From the NCBI GenBank assembly GCA_050246895.1, contig JBFWVE010000001.1, positions 724,942 through 788,941 of the forward strand: a stretch of 64,000 bases of DNA, read 5' to 3'. The translations under genes and the position numbers were made by a program. Position 1 is the stretch's first letter; each line of letters starts with the position of its first letter. The DNA comes from Vicinamibacteria bacterium (lineage in GTDB: Bacteria; Acidobacteriota; Vicinamibacteria; Fen-336). The notes below the pieces were generated by a model, which did not search any database, was not told the DNA's origin, and worked only from the letters and a program-made list of their open reading frames with translations. Positions 48,091 to 56,534 of the stretch are shown one piece after another.

Positions 48091-48927
48091 TCAGGCCTTC
48101 TCGAGCACGCACTGGATCTGCCCGACCATCACGTCGCGCGCCACCGGCAGCGCTTCGAGCAGCCGGCGCAGGGGCCCCGGCAGCGCCCGGAAGAAGCCCG
48201 TCGGGTGACGCTCCTCGCGCAGCAGCCGCAGCCCGCAGCCCGCGATCCAGGCGGACAGCCGGCGCACGGTCACCTTCTGCAGCAGATCGTCGCGCTTCTC
48301 GCGGCCCGCCTCCGCGAGTGCGATGAAGGTGTTCGCCTCGCGCGGCTCCCGCAGCGCCCAGGGGGCGTGGCGCGCGAGCGCGCGGAAGCTCAGGAACGCC
48401 AGCCGCCGCCCGAGCAGCAGATGCAGCGGGAACGGCAGCTTCAGCCGCGGCAGGTGCGCGCCGGCGAAGGAAAGGTAGGGCGCCGTCGAGAGATAGAGGC
48501 GCCCGCCGGGCGCCAGCACGCGGCGGCATTCGGCGAGGTACGCCTCCGCGGAGGTCACGTGCTCGATCACGGAGTGGCTGAAGACGAGATCGAAGACGCC
48601 GTCGCGGAACGGCAGCCGGCCGCCGTCGCCCTGCACGAACTCCGCGTTGGCGATGCCCCGCTCGGCCCGCAATCGGGTGCCGGAGCCCACGAAACGGCCG
48701 TCGAGGTCGAGCCCGACCGCGAAGCCCGCCTCCTCGGCCAGCGACAGCGCCGTGCCGCCCCCGCCGCAACCCGAGTCGAGCACGCGCCCGCGCAGCGGGA
48801 CGCCGGCGCGCTCGAGCGCCTGGATCACCTTGGCGCTGCGCAGGTACTCGAAGACGGCGTAGTCGTGCTCGCTGCGGAAACGCACGCCCGCCGCCGCCGC
48901 GATCGCTTCGTTGTCGATCGCCCTCAC
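48091..48927 (-). CDS. class I SAM-dependent methyltransferase
   Basis: GTG 48925-48927 overlaps the upstream stop (GTGA). 278 aa with ..RVLDSGCGGGGTAL.. (motif I) and ..LAPGGRLYL.. Confidence 0.82.
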   Translation of the reverse strand: MRAIDNEAIAAAAGVRFRSEHDYAVFEYLRSAKVIQALERAGVPLRGRVLDSGCGGGGTALSLAEEAGFAVGLDLDGRFVGSGTRLRAERGIANAEFVQGDGGRLPFRDGVFDLVFSHSVIEHVTSAEAYLAECRRVLAPGGRLYLSTAPYLSFAGAHLPRLKLPFPLHLLLGRRLAFLSFRALARHAPWALREPREANTFIALAEAGREKRDDLLQKVTVRRLSAWIAGCGLRLLREERHPTGFFRALPGPLRRLLEALPVARDVMVGQIQCVLEKA

Positions 48928-50030
48928 GCGGCCGTCGCCTCCAGGTAGAGGGCCAGGTAGCGCGCCGTGACGCCCGGCAGGCGGAAGCGCTCGGCGACGA
49001 GCGCCGTCGTCTCGGGCCGCACCCGCCGGCGGTCGGCGCCCGCCGCGACGATCGCCACGGCCAGCGCCCGCGGGTCGCGCCTCGGCACGACCGCGACGTC
49101 CTCGCCGAAGAGCCTCCCGAGCTCGCTGCCGCCGGGGTTGTCGGTCGAGACCACGGGCGTGCCGCAGGCGAGCGCCTCGAGCGCCACCGTCGGCGTCGCC
49201 TCGAGCAGCGAGGACAGCACGAACAGATCGGCCGCGGCCTGCAGCTCCGCCACCTGCTCGTTCGGCACCAGGCCCAGCAGGCGTGCCTTGCCTTCGAGCC
49301 CGAGGCGGCTGATGCCCGCGCGCAGCTCGGCTTCGCATTCGCCGCTGCCGGCGACGAGCAGCCGCGCGTCGGGCCGCTCTTGCAGCACGAGGGCGAAGGC
49401 CTCGAGCAGCGTCGCCTGGTCGGCCAGCGGGTGCAGGCGCTTGACGTTCAGCAGCAGCAGGCCCGCGTCGGGAGCCAGGCGCCGGCGCACCGCCTCGCGC
49501 GCCGCGGGGTCGCTCGGCAGGAAGGCGTCAGCCACCGGCGGGTACACCACCGAGGCGTGCTTGAGCGGCACGCCGAGCTCGCGGCCGCGCTCGTAGAGCG
49601 CCTGGCTGTAGAAGGTCACGTGAGCCGCCCGCGCGTTCAGCAGGCGGAACGCGCGGTCCTTGCCGTCGTGGTGCCAGATCTCGGTGCCGTAGTGCGTCAG
49701 CAGGTAGGGGCGGTCCGCCCAACGGGCAGCCCGCGCGGCGACCTGGTTCATCCAGGTGTTCGAGTGGATGTGCACGACGTCGGCCTCGCGCGCGAGCGGG
49801 GCCGTCTTGCGCCAGGTCTCGAGCGCCTCGAGCGCCTGCGGCAGGCGCGTCGCGCGGAAGCGCGGGTAGCGGCGCACGTAGGCGACCTCGGGCGTGTCGC
49901 CGTCGTCGCCGAAGGTCAGGAAGCGCACGCCATGGCCCAGGCGTTCGAGAGCGGCGCCGAGCTGATGCGGCAGCAGCGCGTTCGCCGCCTGGTAGGGCGG
50001 CAGGTGCGGCGTCACCATCAGGATCTTCAC
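48924..50030 (-). CDS. GT4-family glycosyltransferase
   Basis: GTG 50028-50030 overlaps the upstream stop (GTGA). 368 aa: VKILMVTPHLPPYQAANA.. with ..LLEATPTVALEALACGTPVVSTDNPGGSEL. Confidence 0.82.
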   Translation of the reverse strand: MKILMVTPHLPPYQAANALLPHQLGAALERLGHGVRFLTFGDDGDTPEVAYVRRYPRFRATRLPQALEALETWRKTAPLAREADVVHIHSNTWMNQVAARAARWADRPYLLTHYGTEIWHHDGKDRAFRLLNARAAHVTFYSQALYERGRELGVPLKHASVVYPPVADAFLPSDPAAREAVRRRLAPDAGLLLLNVKRLHPLADQATLLEAFALVLQERPDARLLVAGSGECEAELRAGISRLGLEGKARLLGLVPNEQVAELQAAADLFVLSSLLEATPTVALEALACGTPVVSTDNPGGSELGRLFGEDVAVVPRRDPRALAVAIVAAGADRRRVRPETTALVAERFRLPGVTARYLALYLEATAA

Positions 50031-51004
50031 GCGACGGCCCGCCGTCGCGCGCTGAAGTCGGCGGCGAACTCGGCGTAGGTGCGGCCGACGCCGCCCTGGC
50101 CCCCGAGGTGCTCGAGCAGCCGCTCGAGGTCGTCGAGGAAGCGGCGCACGCTCGTCTCGTCGGGCGTGTAGGGGCTGCCGCCGGGCAGGATCTCGCTCGA
50201 ATGGAAGATGACGTTGAAGCAGGGCGCGTGACGCGCGGCGAGCGCGTCGGCGAACGCCCGCATGTCCGGCAGCGACGTGTACGAAGGGCGCAGCCAGACG
50301 GGCCGCAGGCCGAGGCGCTTCACGGCCCCGCGCCACGGCAACGGCGGCAGCGAGGCGTAGAGCGCCTCGAGCGGCTTCGGCAGCCAGGGCAGCGTCGCGG
50401 CGCTGATCGGCACCTCGAGAACACTCGAACGGCCCGGCCGGCGCACGTCCGCCGGGTCCGGGAAGTAGGGAAAGAGCGGCGCTCCCGCGAAGGCCATGCC
50501 GCGCTTGCGCGTCTCGTTGAAGAGCGGGTCGACGCTGGTGTCGACGCGGTAGCCGAGCCGTTCCAGGATCGGCAGGCTGCGGCCGTCGAAGCCGTTGCGG
50601 CCCGCGCGGTACGTGGTCGGTCGCACGCCCAGCTCGGACTCGATCGCCTGCGTCAGCTCGCTGAGCTGGCGCGCGAGCAGCTCGGGAGGCAGGTTGTGCG
50701 GATAGGTGTGGTTGGCGAGGTCCTCCGGCCGGAAAGGCGGCGAGGACCACGGGTGCAGGTGGGCGCCGATCTCGCAGCAACCGCCGCGCGCGAGATCGCG
50801 CAGGATCGCCCGGCTCTCGGGCCGCGTCGCCATCTCCCAGGTCACCAGGTAGGTCGGCCGCGCGCCGTGCGCCTCGAACAGCCGCTGCAGGTCCGGCAGC
50901 CGCTCGGCATTGCGCACCTCGATGCGCTCGCGCCCGCGGGGGGACCACTGGTCGTCGCCCTCGGTGTCGATGCCGATCAGGATCGCCGGCCGCTCGCTGG
51001 CCAT
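50027..51004 (-). CDS. polysaccharide deacetylase-like protein (CE4-related, WalW-type)
   Basis: 325 aa with ..ILIGIDTEGDDQW.., ..PTYLVTWEMA.., ..CEIGAHLHPWSSPP.., ..YRAGRNGFDG.. Confidence 0.6.
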   Translation of the reverse strand: MASERPAILIGIDTEGDDQWSPRGRERIEVRNAERLPDLQRLFEAHGARPTYLVTWEMATRPESRAILRDLARGGCCEIGAHLHPWSSPPFRPEDLANHTYPHNLPPELLARQLSELTQAIESELGVRPTTYRAGRNGFDGRSLPILERLGYRVDTSVDPLFNETRKRGMAFAGAPLFPYFPDPADVRRPGRSSVLEVPISAATLPWLPKPLEALYASLPPLPWRGAVKRLGLRPVWLRPSYTSLPDMRAFADALAARHAPCFNVIFHSSEILPGGSPYTPDETSVRRFLDDLERLLEHLGGQGGVGRTYAEFAADFSARRRAVA

Positions 51005-51005
51005 C

Positions 51006-52064
51006 TCAGCGGTCCATGTCGCTGTCGCCGAAGACGACGTGCCAGCGCCCGAGCTCGGCGAGCACCGCGGGGCTGCCGAGAGAGCGCGCGCGCACGCAGA
51101 ACTGCATCGGCGAGCGCCCCTCGAAGAACCCGCGCCGCCGCAGGTCGGCGCCGAGCTCCGCGTTCATGCTGAAGGCCTGCGCGCGAGCGACACCCGCGGC
51201 GCGGAAGCCGTCGAGCACGGCCCCCAGCAAGGCGTCCTTGGCCGCGTGGTCCGCGGCGTCGGCGAACACGTCCACGATCCAGCCCAGACGCACGCCTTCG
51301 TAGTCCTCGCAGCGGCTGACCGCGAAGCCCGCGAGCTCGCCCCCGCGCCGCGCCTCGCGCAGCTCGTAGCGGCGCGAGGGGCAGCGCGCGTACTTCCAGT
51401 CGAGGTAGGCCCGGTCGCGGCGCACGCACATCGCGTACGAGCCGCGGCAGCGTTGCCAGAGTGTGTCGTACTCGGGCGTAAAGCAGGTAACCGAGCGGAC
51501 CTCGACTCCGCCGGCCGGCAGCGGACGCTCCGGGTGGGCGAGGCGCAGCCCGGCCTCCAGGAGCGGCCCGGCGAGCGGCGAGACGAGGCTTCCCAGTCGC
51601 CTGCGGGCGACGGCGCGGCCGTCCAGCACGCGCTGGTAGAAGCGGACGGGACCCACGTCCTCGTAGCGGAGCTTCTTGAACAGCCCGTAGGACGACGGCG
51701 TCAGGCCCAGACCGAGCGCCACCGGGACGAAGTCGCTCCAGGTCGTGAAGAGCAGCGCCCCGATGCCCATGCCTCGCGCTTCAGGCCGCAGGAAGACGTC
51801 CATTCCCCAGGACGAGCGCAGCTCGCGGTCCCCCCACCACAGGTGGACCGGCATCGAGGCGTACTGACCCAGCACGGTCTCGCCCTCGCGGGCGACCCAG
51901 ATCTCGGGCCCCTCGGGGCTGGTCGCCGGGTTGTCCAGGTACTGCCAGCGCCAGCGCGTCCGGCTGCCCTCGGTCAGGGCCTGCCCGAAGACCTGCTCGT
52001 AGAGGCGGAAGATCTCCGCTTCGTCCTCTGAACGCCGGCGCTCGACCGTGACGACGGGAGTCAA
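51006..52064 (-). CDS. GNAT-family N-acetyltransferase (two-lobed, ~350 aa)
   Basis: 352 aa; TTG start with GGAGG 4 nt upstream. ..VLGQYASMPVHLW..DVFLRPEARGMGIGALLF (acetyl-CoA-binding Q/RxxGxG/A-like motif). Confidence 0.65.
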   Translation of the reverse strand: MTPVVTVERRRSEDEAEIFRLYEQVFGQALTEGSRTRWRWQYLDNPATSPEGPEIWVAREGETVLGQYASMPVHLWWGDRELRSSWGMDVFLRPEARGMGIGALLFTTWSDFVPVALGLGLTPSSYGLFKKLRYEDVGPVRFYQRVLDGRAVARRRLGSLVSPLAGPLLEAGLRLAHPERPLPAGGVEVRSVTCFTPEYDTLWQRCRGSYAMCVRRDRAYLDWKYARCPSRRYELREARRGGELAGFAVSRCEDYEGVRLGWIVDVFADAADHAAKDALLGAVLDGFRAAGVARAQAFSMNAELGADLRRRGFFEGRSPMQFCVRARSLGSPAVLAELGRWHVVFGDSDMDR

Positions 52065-52088
52065 GCTGCCTCCGACTAGGGAACCCGG

Positions 52089-52116
52089 ATTCTACGCGGA
52101 AAGCTCGATCCTCCAA
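52089..52116 (-). promoter_or_regulatory. candidate sigma-70-type promoter for the downstream half of the glycan operon (GNAT onward)
   Basis: The minus strand reads TTGGAG-N16-TAGAAT, about 25 nt upstream of the GGAGG/TTG start at 52064. It lies in the only sizeable divergent gap of the cluster. Confidence 0.3.
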
Positions 52117-52149
52117 AGAGTTGTGGGCGTGCTATCGTCGGCTCGCCCG

Positions 52150-54033
52150 ATGCCCCGAGGCACCTTGCGAGGAGCGGCGGCCGCCCTGGCTCTCGGCCTG
52201 GCGGGCACCGGTCTGGGCCTGGCCGTGCTGCAGCGGCCGGGCCCCCTGCTCGTCAACCTCGGCGCCGGAGACGAGGCGTTCGCCCGCGGCTTCCGTGAAT
52301 GGGAACGGGACGGGCTCCTGCGCAGCGGGGAGACGCTGTTCCGCTGGGCCGAGGACGGCTCGCGCCTCGAGCTTCCGATCGAGGTCGGCTCGGGCGGCGT
52401 CTCCGCGCGCCTGCGGCTCGCCCGCTTCGCGGCCGGGCCCGCCGAGATCACGCTGCTGCTGAACGGCCGCGTGAGCGATCACTGGATGCAGGAGCCCAGG
52501 GGCTGGTCGCTGCGCTCGGTCGAGTTCGGTCCGCTGAAGGGCCGCCTCTCGCTGCAGATCCGCACGCCGTCCCCCGACGGGGCGGCAGCCCTCGACTGGG
52601 TCGAAATCCTGGGGGTCGAGGGCGTGAGGCCGGCGCGCGAGCTCCGCCTCGGGCTCGCCGCGCTCGCCTCGGCGCCCGTCGTGCTCGCGCTGCTGCTGGG
52701 CCCCGGCGCCGGCCTCGCCTGCGGCGCCGCCCTGCTGCTCGCCGCGCCTGCCGCCGTGGCGCTCGATCGCCTGGGGGGCCTCGTGGCGCTGGCCGAGGCC
52801 GGTGTCCCTCTCTGGCTCGCAGCCCTCGGTCTCGGCCTGCTGCTGCGCCTGCTCGCGCGCGCTTGGCCGGACGCGGTGCACGACCTCCGGCTGGCCCTGG
52901 TGCCCGCCGCCTTCGCCCCGGTCGCGCTGCTGGCACTCTCCCACCCCTTCTTCTACTACCCCGACCTCGACACCCACGCCCGCTTCCTCGCGGCGATCCG
53001 GGCGGACCCCTGGACGGCACTCGATCCGTCCGACTTCCAGGCGCGCACGGGGGCCTGGACGCGCACGATCGCGGGCCAGAAGGTCGCTTTCCCCTATTCG
53101 CCCGTCTTCCACCTGCTCGTCTGGCCGCTGGCGGCCGGGCTCGGCGACGCGCGCGCGATCGAGACGGGTGGTGTGCTCGCCGTGGTCGTGACGCTCGTGC
53201 TGGCCGGGGTCCTCGGCCGCAGCCTGGGCCTCGGGAGCGCCGGCGTGCTGGCCGCGCAGGCGCTCCTCGCGCTGGGGCCGGTCACCTCGTCCCGCCTCAC
53301 GCTGGCGCTGCATCCCACGCTGCTCGGGCAGGCTCTCGAGGCACTGGTCGCGGTCCACCTGGTGCGCCGCTTCGGCCACCTCGACGGCGCGCGCGACGCC
53401 GGGGCCGCGGCGCTCGTGCTGCTCGCGGCGCAGCTGGCCTACACGGGCTCGCTCTTCAACGTCGCCGCCGTGGTGCTGCTGTTCGCCGCGCTCGAGGCCG
53501 GCCTCGGCGAGCCGCGCCGCGCTCTGCGCCTCGCCGCGGCCTGGGCGATCGCCGCTGCCGTCGTGCTGCTCGTGCTCTATGCGCGCTTCCTGCCCACGTT
53601 CCTGCGCGACGTGCTGCCGCACGCGGGTACGGCGTCGGACGCCGTCACGCCGGCCGGCGGCGGCCCGCTGCTCCGCCTGCGCATCTTCTACGGCCTGGCG
53701 CTGCCGCTGCTCGCGCTGTCGGGTCTGCTGGCGCTGCCCTCGCAGGCCGGCGCCACCCGCCACGCCATCCGCTGGCTGCTCGCGGCCCTGGCCGCGGGGA
53801 GCCTGCTGCTCCTCGGGCGCTATTCGCTGCCGTCGCTGCTGCGCGACGCCAAGGACGTCGAGCTGCTGGCCGTGCCGATCGCGCTCGCCGCCGCGCTCGC
53901 CCTCGAGCGCTTCTCCCGCCGCCGGCCCGGCGGCCGCCTCGCCGCCGCGGCCGTGCTGCTGGCGCTGCTGGCCTGGGGCGCGCTCGGCGCGGCCGACGCC
54001 TACGCCGCGCGCTTCTTCGCGGCTGGTCGCTGA
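52150..54033 (+). CDS. multi-pass membrane protein (GT-C-like/polymerase-like candidate) with N-terminal soluble domain related to the C-terminal domains of 36383..37588 and 38904..40889
   Basis: Listed ORF is 52048..54033. The most plausible start is ATG 52150 (MPRGTLRGAAAALALGLAG.., signal anchor). An N-terminal ~150-aa beta-rich domain (..FRWAEDGSRLELPI..ITLLLNGRV..LDWVEILG) is followed by 10 or more TM helices. It is the only plus-strand gene in the cluster. Confidence 0.55.
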   Translation: MPRGTLRGAAAALALGLAGTGLGLAVLQRPGPLLVNLGAGDEAFARGFREWERDGLLRSGETLFRWAEDGSRLELPIEVGSGGVSARLRLARFAAGPAEITLLLNGRVSDHWMQEPRGWSLRSVEFGPLKGRLSLQIRTPSPDGAAALDWVEILGVEGVRPARELRLGLAALASAPVVLALLLGPGAGLACGAALLLAAPAAVALDRLGGLVALAEAGVPLWLAALGLGLLLRLLARAWPDAVHDLRLALVPAAFAPVALLALSHPFFYYPDLDTHARFLAAIRADPWTALDPSDFQARTGAWTRTIAGQKVAFPYSPVFHLLVWPLAAGLGDARAIETGGVLAVVVTLVLAGVLGRSLGLGSAGVLAAQALLALGPVTSSRLTLALHPTLLGQALEALVAVHLVRRFGHLDGARDAGAAALVLLAAQLAYTGSLFNVAAVVLLFAALEAGLGEPRRALRLAAAWAIAAAVVLLVLYARFLPTFLRDVLPHAGTASDAVTPAGGGPLLRLRIFYGLALPLLALSGLLALPSQAGATRHAIRWLLAALAAGSLLLLGRYSLPSLLRDAKDVELLAVPIALAAALALERFSRRRPGGRLAAAAVLLALLAWGALGAADAYAARFFAAGR

Positions 54034-54040
54034 GCCGCCG

Positions 54041-55498
54041 TCAGGAAACCGGGGCAGCGCCCTCGCCGCGCAGCAGCCGGCCGGCGCGGATGCGCTCCTC
54101 GGGCGTCAGGAAGCCGGAGGCCGCGAGCAGCAGCGGGAAGGCGGCCAGCAGCAGGGCCTTGAGGCCGACCGAGGGCCACAGGGCCTCAGGCGCCAGCCGC
54201 GAGACCGCGAAGCAGACGAGCGCCACGGCCACGATGCGCGCGAGCCGGGGCCACTCGAACGGGATCGGGTACAGCCGCCGCGAGAACACGAAGCCCGAGC
54301 CCGCCATCACGGCGTAGGCGATCACGGTCGCCCAGGCGGCGCCCAGCATGCCGAAACGCGGGATCAGCACGAAGTTGGCCGCGATGTTGGCCGCGGCCGA
54401 CAGCGCCGTGACCAGCGGGTAGTAGCCGGCGCGCTTCTCGATGCCGATGCCGATCGAGCCCAGCAGGAAGGCGCCGTGGAAGACGTACGCGAGCGCCACC
54501 ACCGGGATCACACCGGCCGCCGCGCGGAACTCGGGGCTCTTCGGCGTCATCAGCGCCAGCAGCTCGCGCCCGAGCACCGCGAGAGCGAGGCCGCAGCAGG
54601 CGAACACCAGGAAGGCGTAGCTGGCGACGCGCGCGAGCGTCCGCGGCGCGTCGGGCTTGCGGATCTGCGAGTAGACGAACGGCTGCCAGGCGGGCTCGAA
54701 GGCCGACAGCGCGAATTTGACGCCGCCGCCGAAGGTGTAGCCGACCTGGTAGAGGCCGACCTCCGCGCGCGAGACGAACAGGTCGAGGATCTTGCGGTCG
54801 GCCAGGTTGAGCGCCTGCACCAGGATCCCGTGCGGCACCTTGGGCAGCGCGAAGGCCAGCGTCTCGCGCAGCAGCGGGAGGTCCAGGCAGAACCTCGAGT
54901 GGCGCAGCAGGATCGGCAGCAGCGAGAGCGAGAAGAGCCCCGTCGCCAGCACGTCGCTCCACAGGATGCCCTCGACACCTTGGCCCCTGACCACCAGCAC
55001 GACCTTCAGCACCGTGTTCAGCAGGTGGCGCAGGCCCGACAGCGTCGAGAACAGGCCGGGGCGGTCCTGGATCCGCAGCAGGTTGAGCGGCACGAAGGCG
55101 AAGCAGCCCAGCCAGACGTCGGCCGCCGCCAGCAGCAGCAGGCGCGAGTCCGGCGCCTCGTGGCTGAAGAGCAGGCGGTTCAGCGGCTCGCGCAGCAGCA
55201 CGACCAGGCCGAACAGCGCCGTGCCCAGGATCGCCGCGAAGAGCGCGACGCTGCCGGCGAGGCGCCGGCGCCGCCGCTCGTCGTCGAGGTCGTAGTGGAC
55301 CCGGAAGAAGCCCGAGTCGAGCCCCATCCGGAACGCGATCTTCGCGACCGTCGAGAACAGCAGCAGCAGCGCGAGCGTCCCGTAGTCCTGCGGGCGCAGG
55401 AACGCCGTGTACAGCGGGACCAGCAGGAAGTTGACGACGTTCGTGAAGACGTCGGCCGCGCCGTAGACGAGCGAATGCGACGCGAGCTTGCGGATCAA
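54041..55498 (-). CDS. wzx: Wzx-type oligosaccharide flippase (MOP superfamily polysaccharide biosynthesis protein)
   Basis: 485 aa; the TTG start overlaps the upstream stop (TTGA). MIRKLASHSLVYGAADVFTNVVNFLLVPLYTAFLRPQDYG.. About 12-14 hydrophobic helices. Confidence 0.8.
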   Translation of the reverse strand: MIRKLASHSLVYGAADVFTNVVNFLLVPLYTAFLRPQDYGTLALLLLFSTVAKIAFRMGLDSGFFRVHYDLDDERRRRRLAGSVALFAAILGTALFGLVVLLREPLNRLLFSHEAPDSRLLLLAAADVWLGCFAFVPLNLLRIQDRPGLFSTLSGLRHLLNTVLKVVLVVRGQGVEGILWSDVLATGLFSLSLLPILLRHSRFCLDLPLLRETLAFALPKVPHGILVQALNLADRKILDLFVSRAEVGLYQVGYTFGGGVKFALSAFEPAWQPFVYSQIRKPDAPRTLARVASYAFLVFACCGLALAVLGRELLALMTPKSPEFRAAAGVIPVVALAYVFHGAFLLGSIGIGIEKRAGYYPLVTALSAAANIAANFVLIPRFGMLGAAWATVIAYAVMAGSGFVFSRRLYPIPFEWPRLARIVAVALVCFAVSRLAPEALWPSVGLKALLLAAFPLLLAASGFLTPEERIRAGRLLRGEGAAPVS

Positions 55499-56472
55499 AC
55501 CCTCCCCTTGTCCGAGGTGAAGTGGGCGATCACGCGGTCGAGGATCTCGTCGAGGTGGATCTCGGGCTCGTAGCCGATCAGCGCGCGCAGCTTCGAGGTG
55601 TCGGGCACCCGCCGCGGCATGTCCTCGAAGCCCTCCTCGTAGGCCTTGTCGTAGGGCACCAGCACGATCTCGCTCTTCGACTGCGTGCGCTCCTTGATCC
55701 GCCGCGCCAGCTCGAGCATCGTGATCTCCTCGCTGTCGTTGCCGATGTTGAAGACCTGGCCGAGGGCGCCCGGATGCTCCGCGAGCGCGATCAGGGCGCC
55801 CACCACGTCGCCGACGTAGGTGAAGCAGCGGCTCTGCGTGCCGTCGCCGAACACGGTCAGCGGGTGGCCGAGCAGAGCCTGCTTCACGAAGTTCGGGATC
55901 ACCATGCCGTAGCGGCCGGTCTGGCGCGGCCCGACGGTGTTGAACAGGCGGCAGACGAACAGCGGCAGCCGCTTCTCCTTGTAGTAGGCGAGCGCCAGGA
56001 ACTCGTCGATCGCCTTGCTGCAGGCGTAGCTCCAGCGGCCCTTGGTGGTCGCGCCGAGCACCAGGTCGGCGTCCTCGCGGAACGGCACGTCGGTGCTCTT
56101 GCCGTAGACCTCTGAGGTGGAGGCGACCAGCACCTTCTTCTTCTTCTTGTTGGCGAGCTTCAGCACCATCTCGGTTCCGTGCACGTTGGTCTCGATGGTG
56201 TTGACCGGGCTCTCCACGATCAGCCGCACGCCGACGGCGGCGGCCAGGTGGAACACGATGTCGACGCGGTCGATCAGCTCGGCGGTCAGCGGCTCGTTCA
56301 GCACGCTGTCGATCACGTAGTGGAAGCGCTCGTGGGGCTTCAGGTGCTCGATGTTCTCGATCGAGCCGGTCGACAGGTTGTCGAGCACGTAGACCTCGTC
56401 GCCGCGGGCGACGAGCGCCTCGGCCAGGTGGCTGCCGACGAATCCCGCGCCGCCGGTGATCAGGGCTTTCAT
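55495..56472 (-). CDS. NAD-dependent sugar-nucleotide epimerase/dehydratase (extended SDR; UDP-glucuronate decarboxylase/4-epimerase-like)
   Basis: An internal ATG (56470-56472) gives 325 aa: MKALITGGAGFVGSHL (GxxGxxG), ..ASTSEVYG.., ..YACSKAIDE (YxxxK). Confidence 0.88.
   Translation of the reverse strand: MKALITGGAGFVGSHLAEALVARGDEVYVLDNLSTGSIENIEHLKPHERFHYVIDSVLNEPLTAELIDRVDIVFHLAAAVGVRLIVESPVNTIETNVHGTEMVLKLANKKKKKVLVASTSEVYGKSTDVPFREDADLVLGATTKGRWSYACSKAIDEFLALAYYKEKRLPLFVCRLFNTVGPRQTGRYGMVIPNFVKQALLGHPLTVFGDGTQSRCFTYVGDVVGALIALAEHPGALGQVFNIGNDSEEITMLELARRIKERTQSKSEIVLVPYDKAYEEGFEDMPRRVPDTSKLRALIGYEPEIHLDEILDRVIAHFTSDKGRV
56134..56148. repeat. (CTT)5 / (AAG)5 trinucleotide run encoding K5 inside the SDR gene
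   Basis: Read directly: cttcttcttcttctt, encoding ..LANKKKKKVLVASTSEVYG. Confidence 0.9.
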
Positions 56473-56534
56473 CTCGTGTCTCCGTTCCTCGTCTCGGTGC
56501 TCATGCGCGCTTCGGCGCCTCGGCCGCCGGGCCC

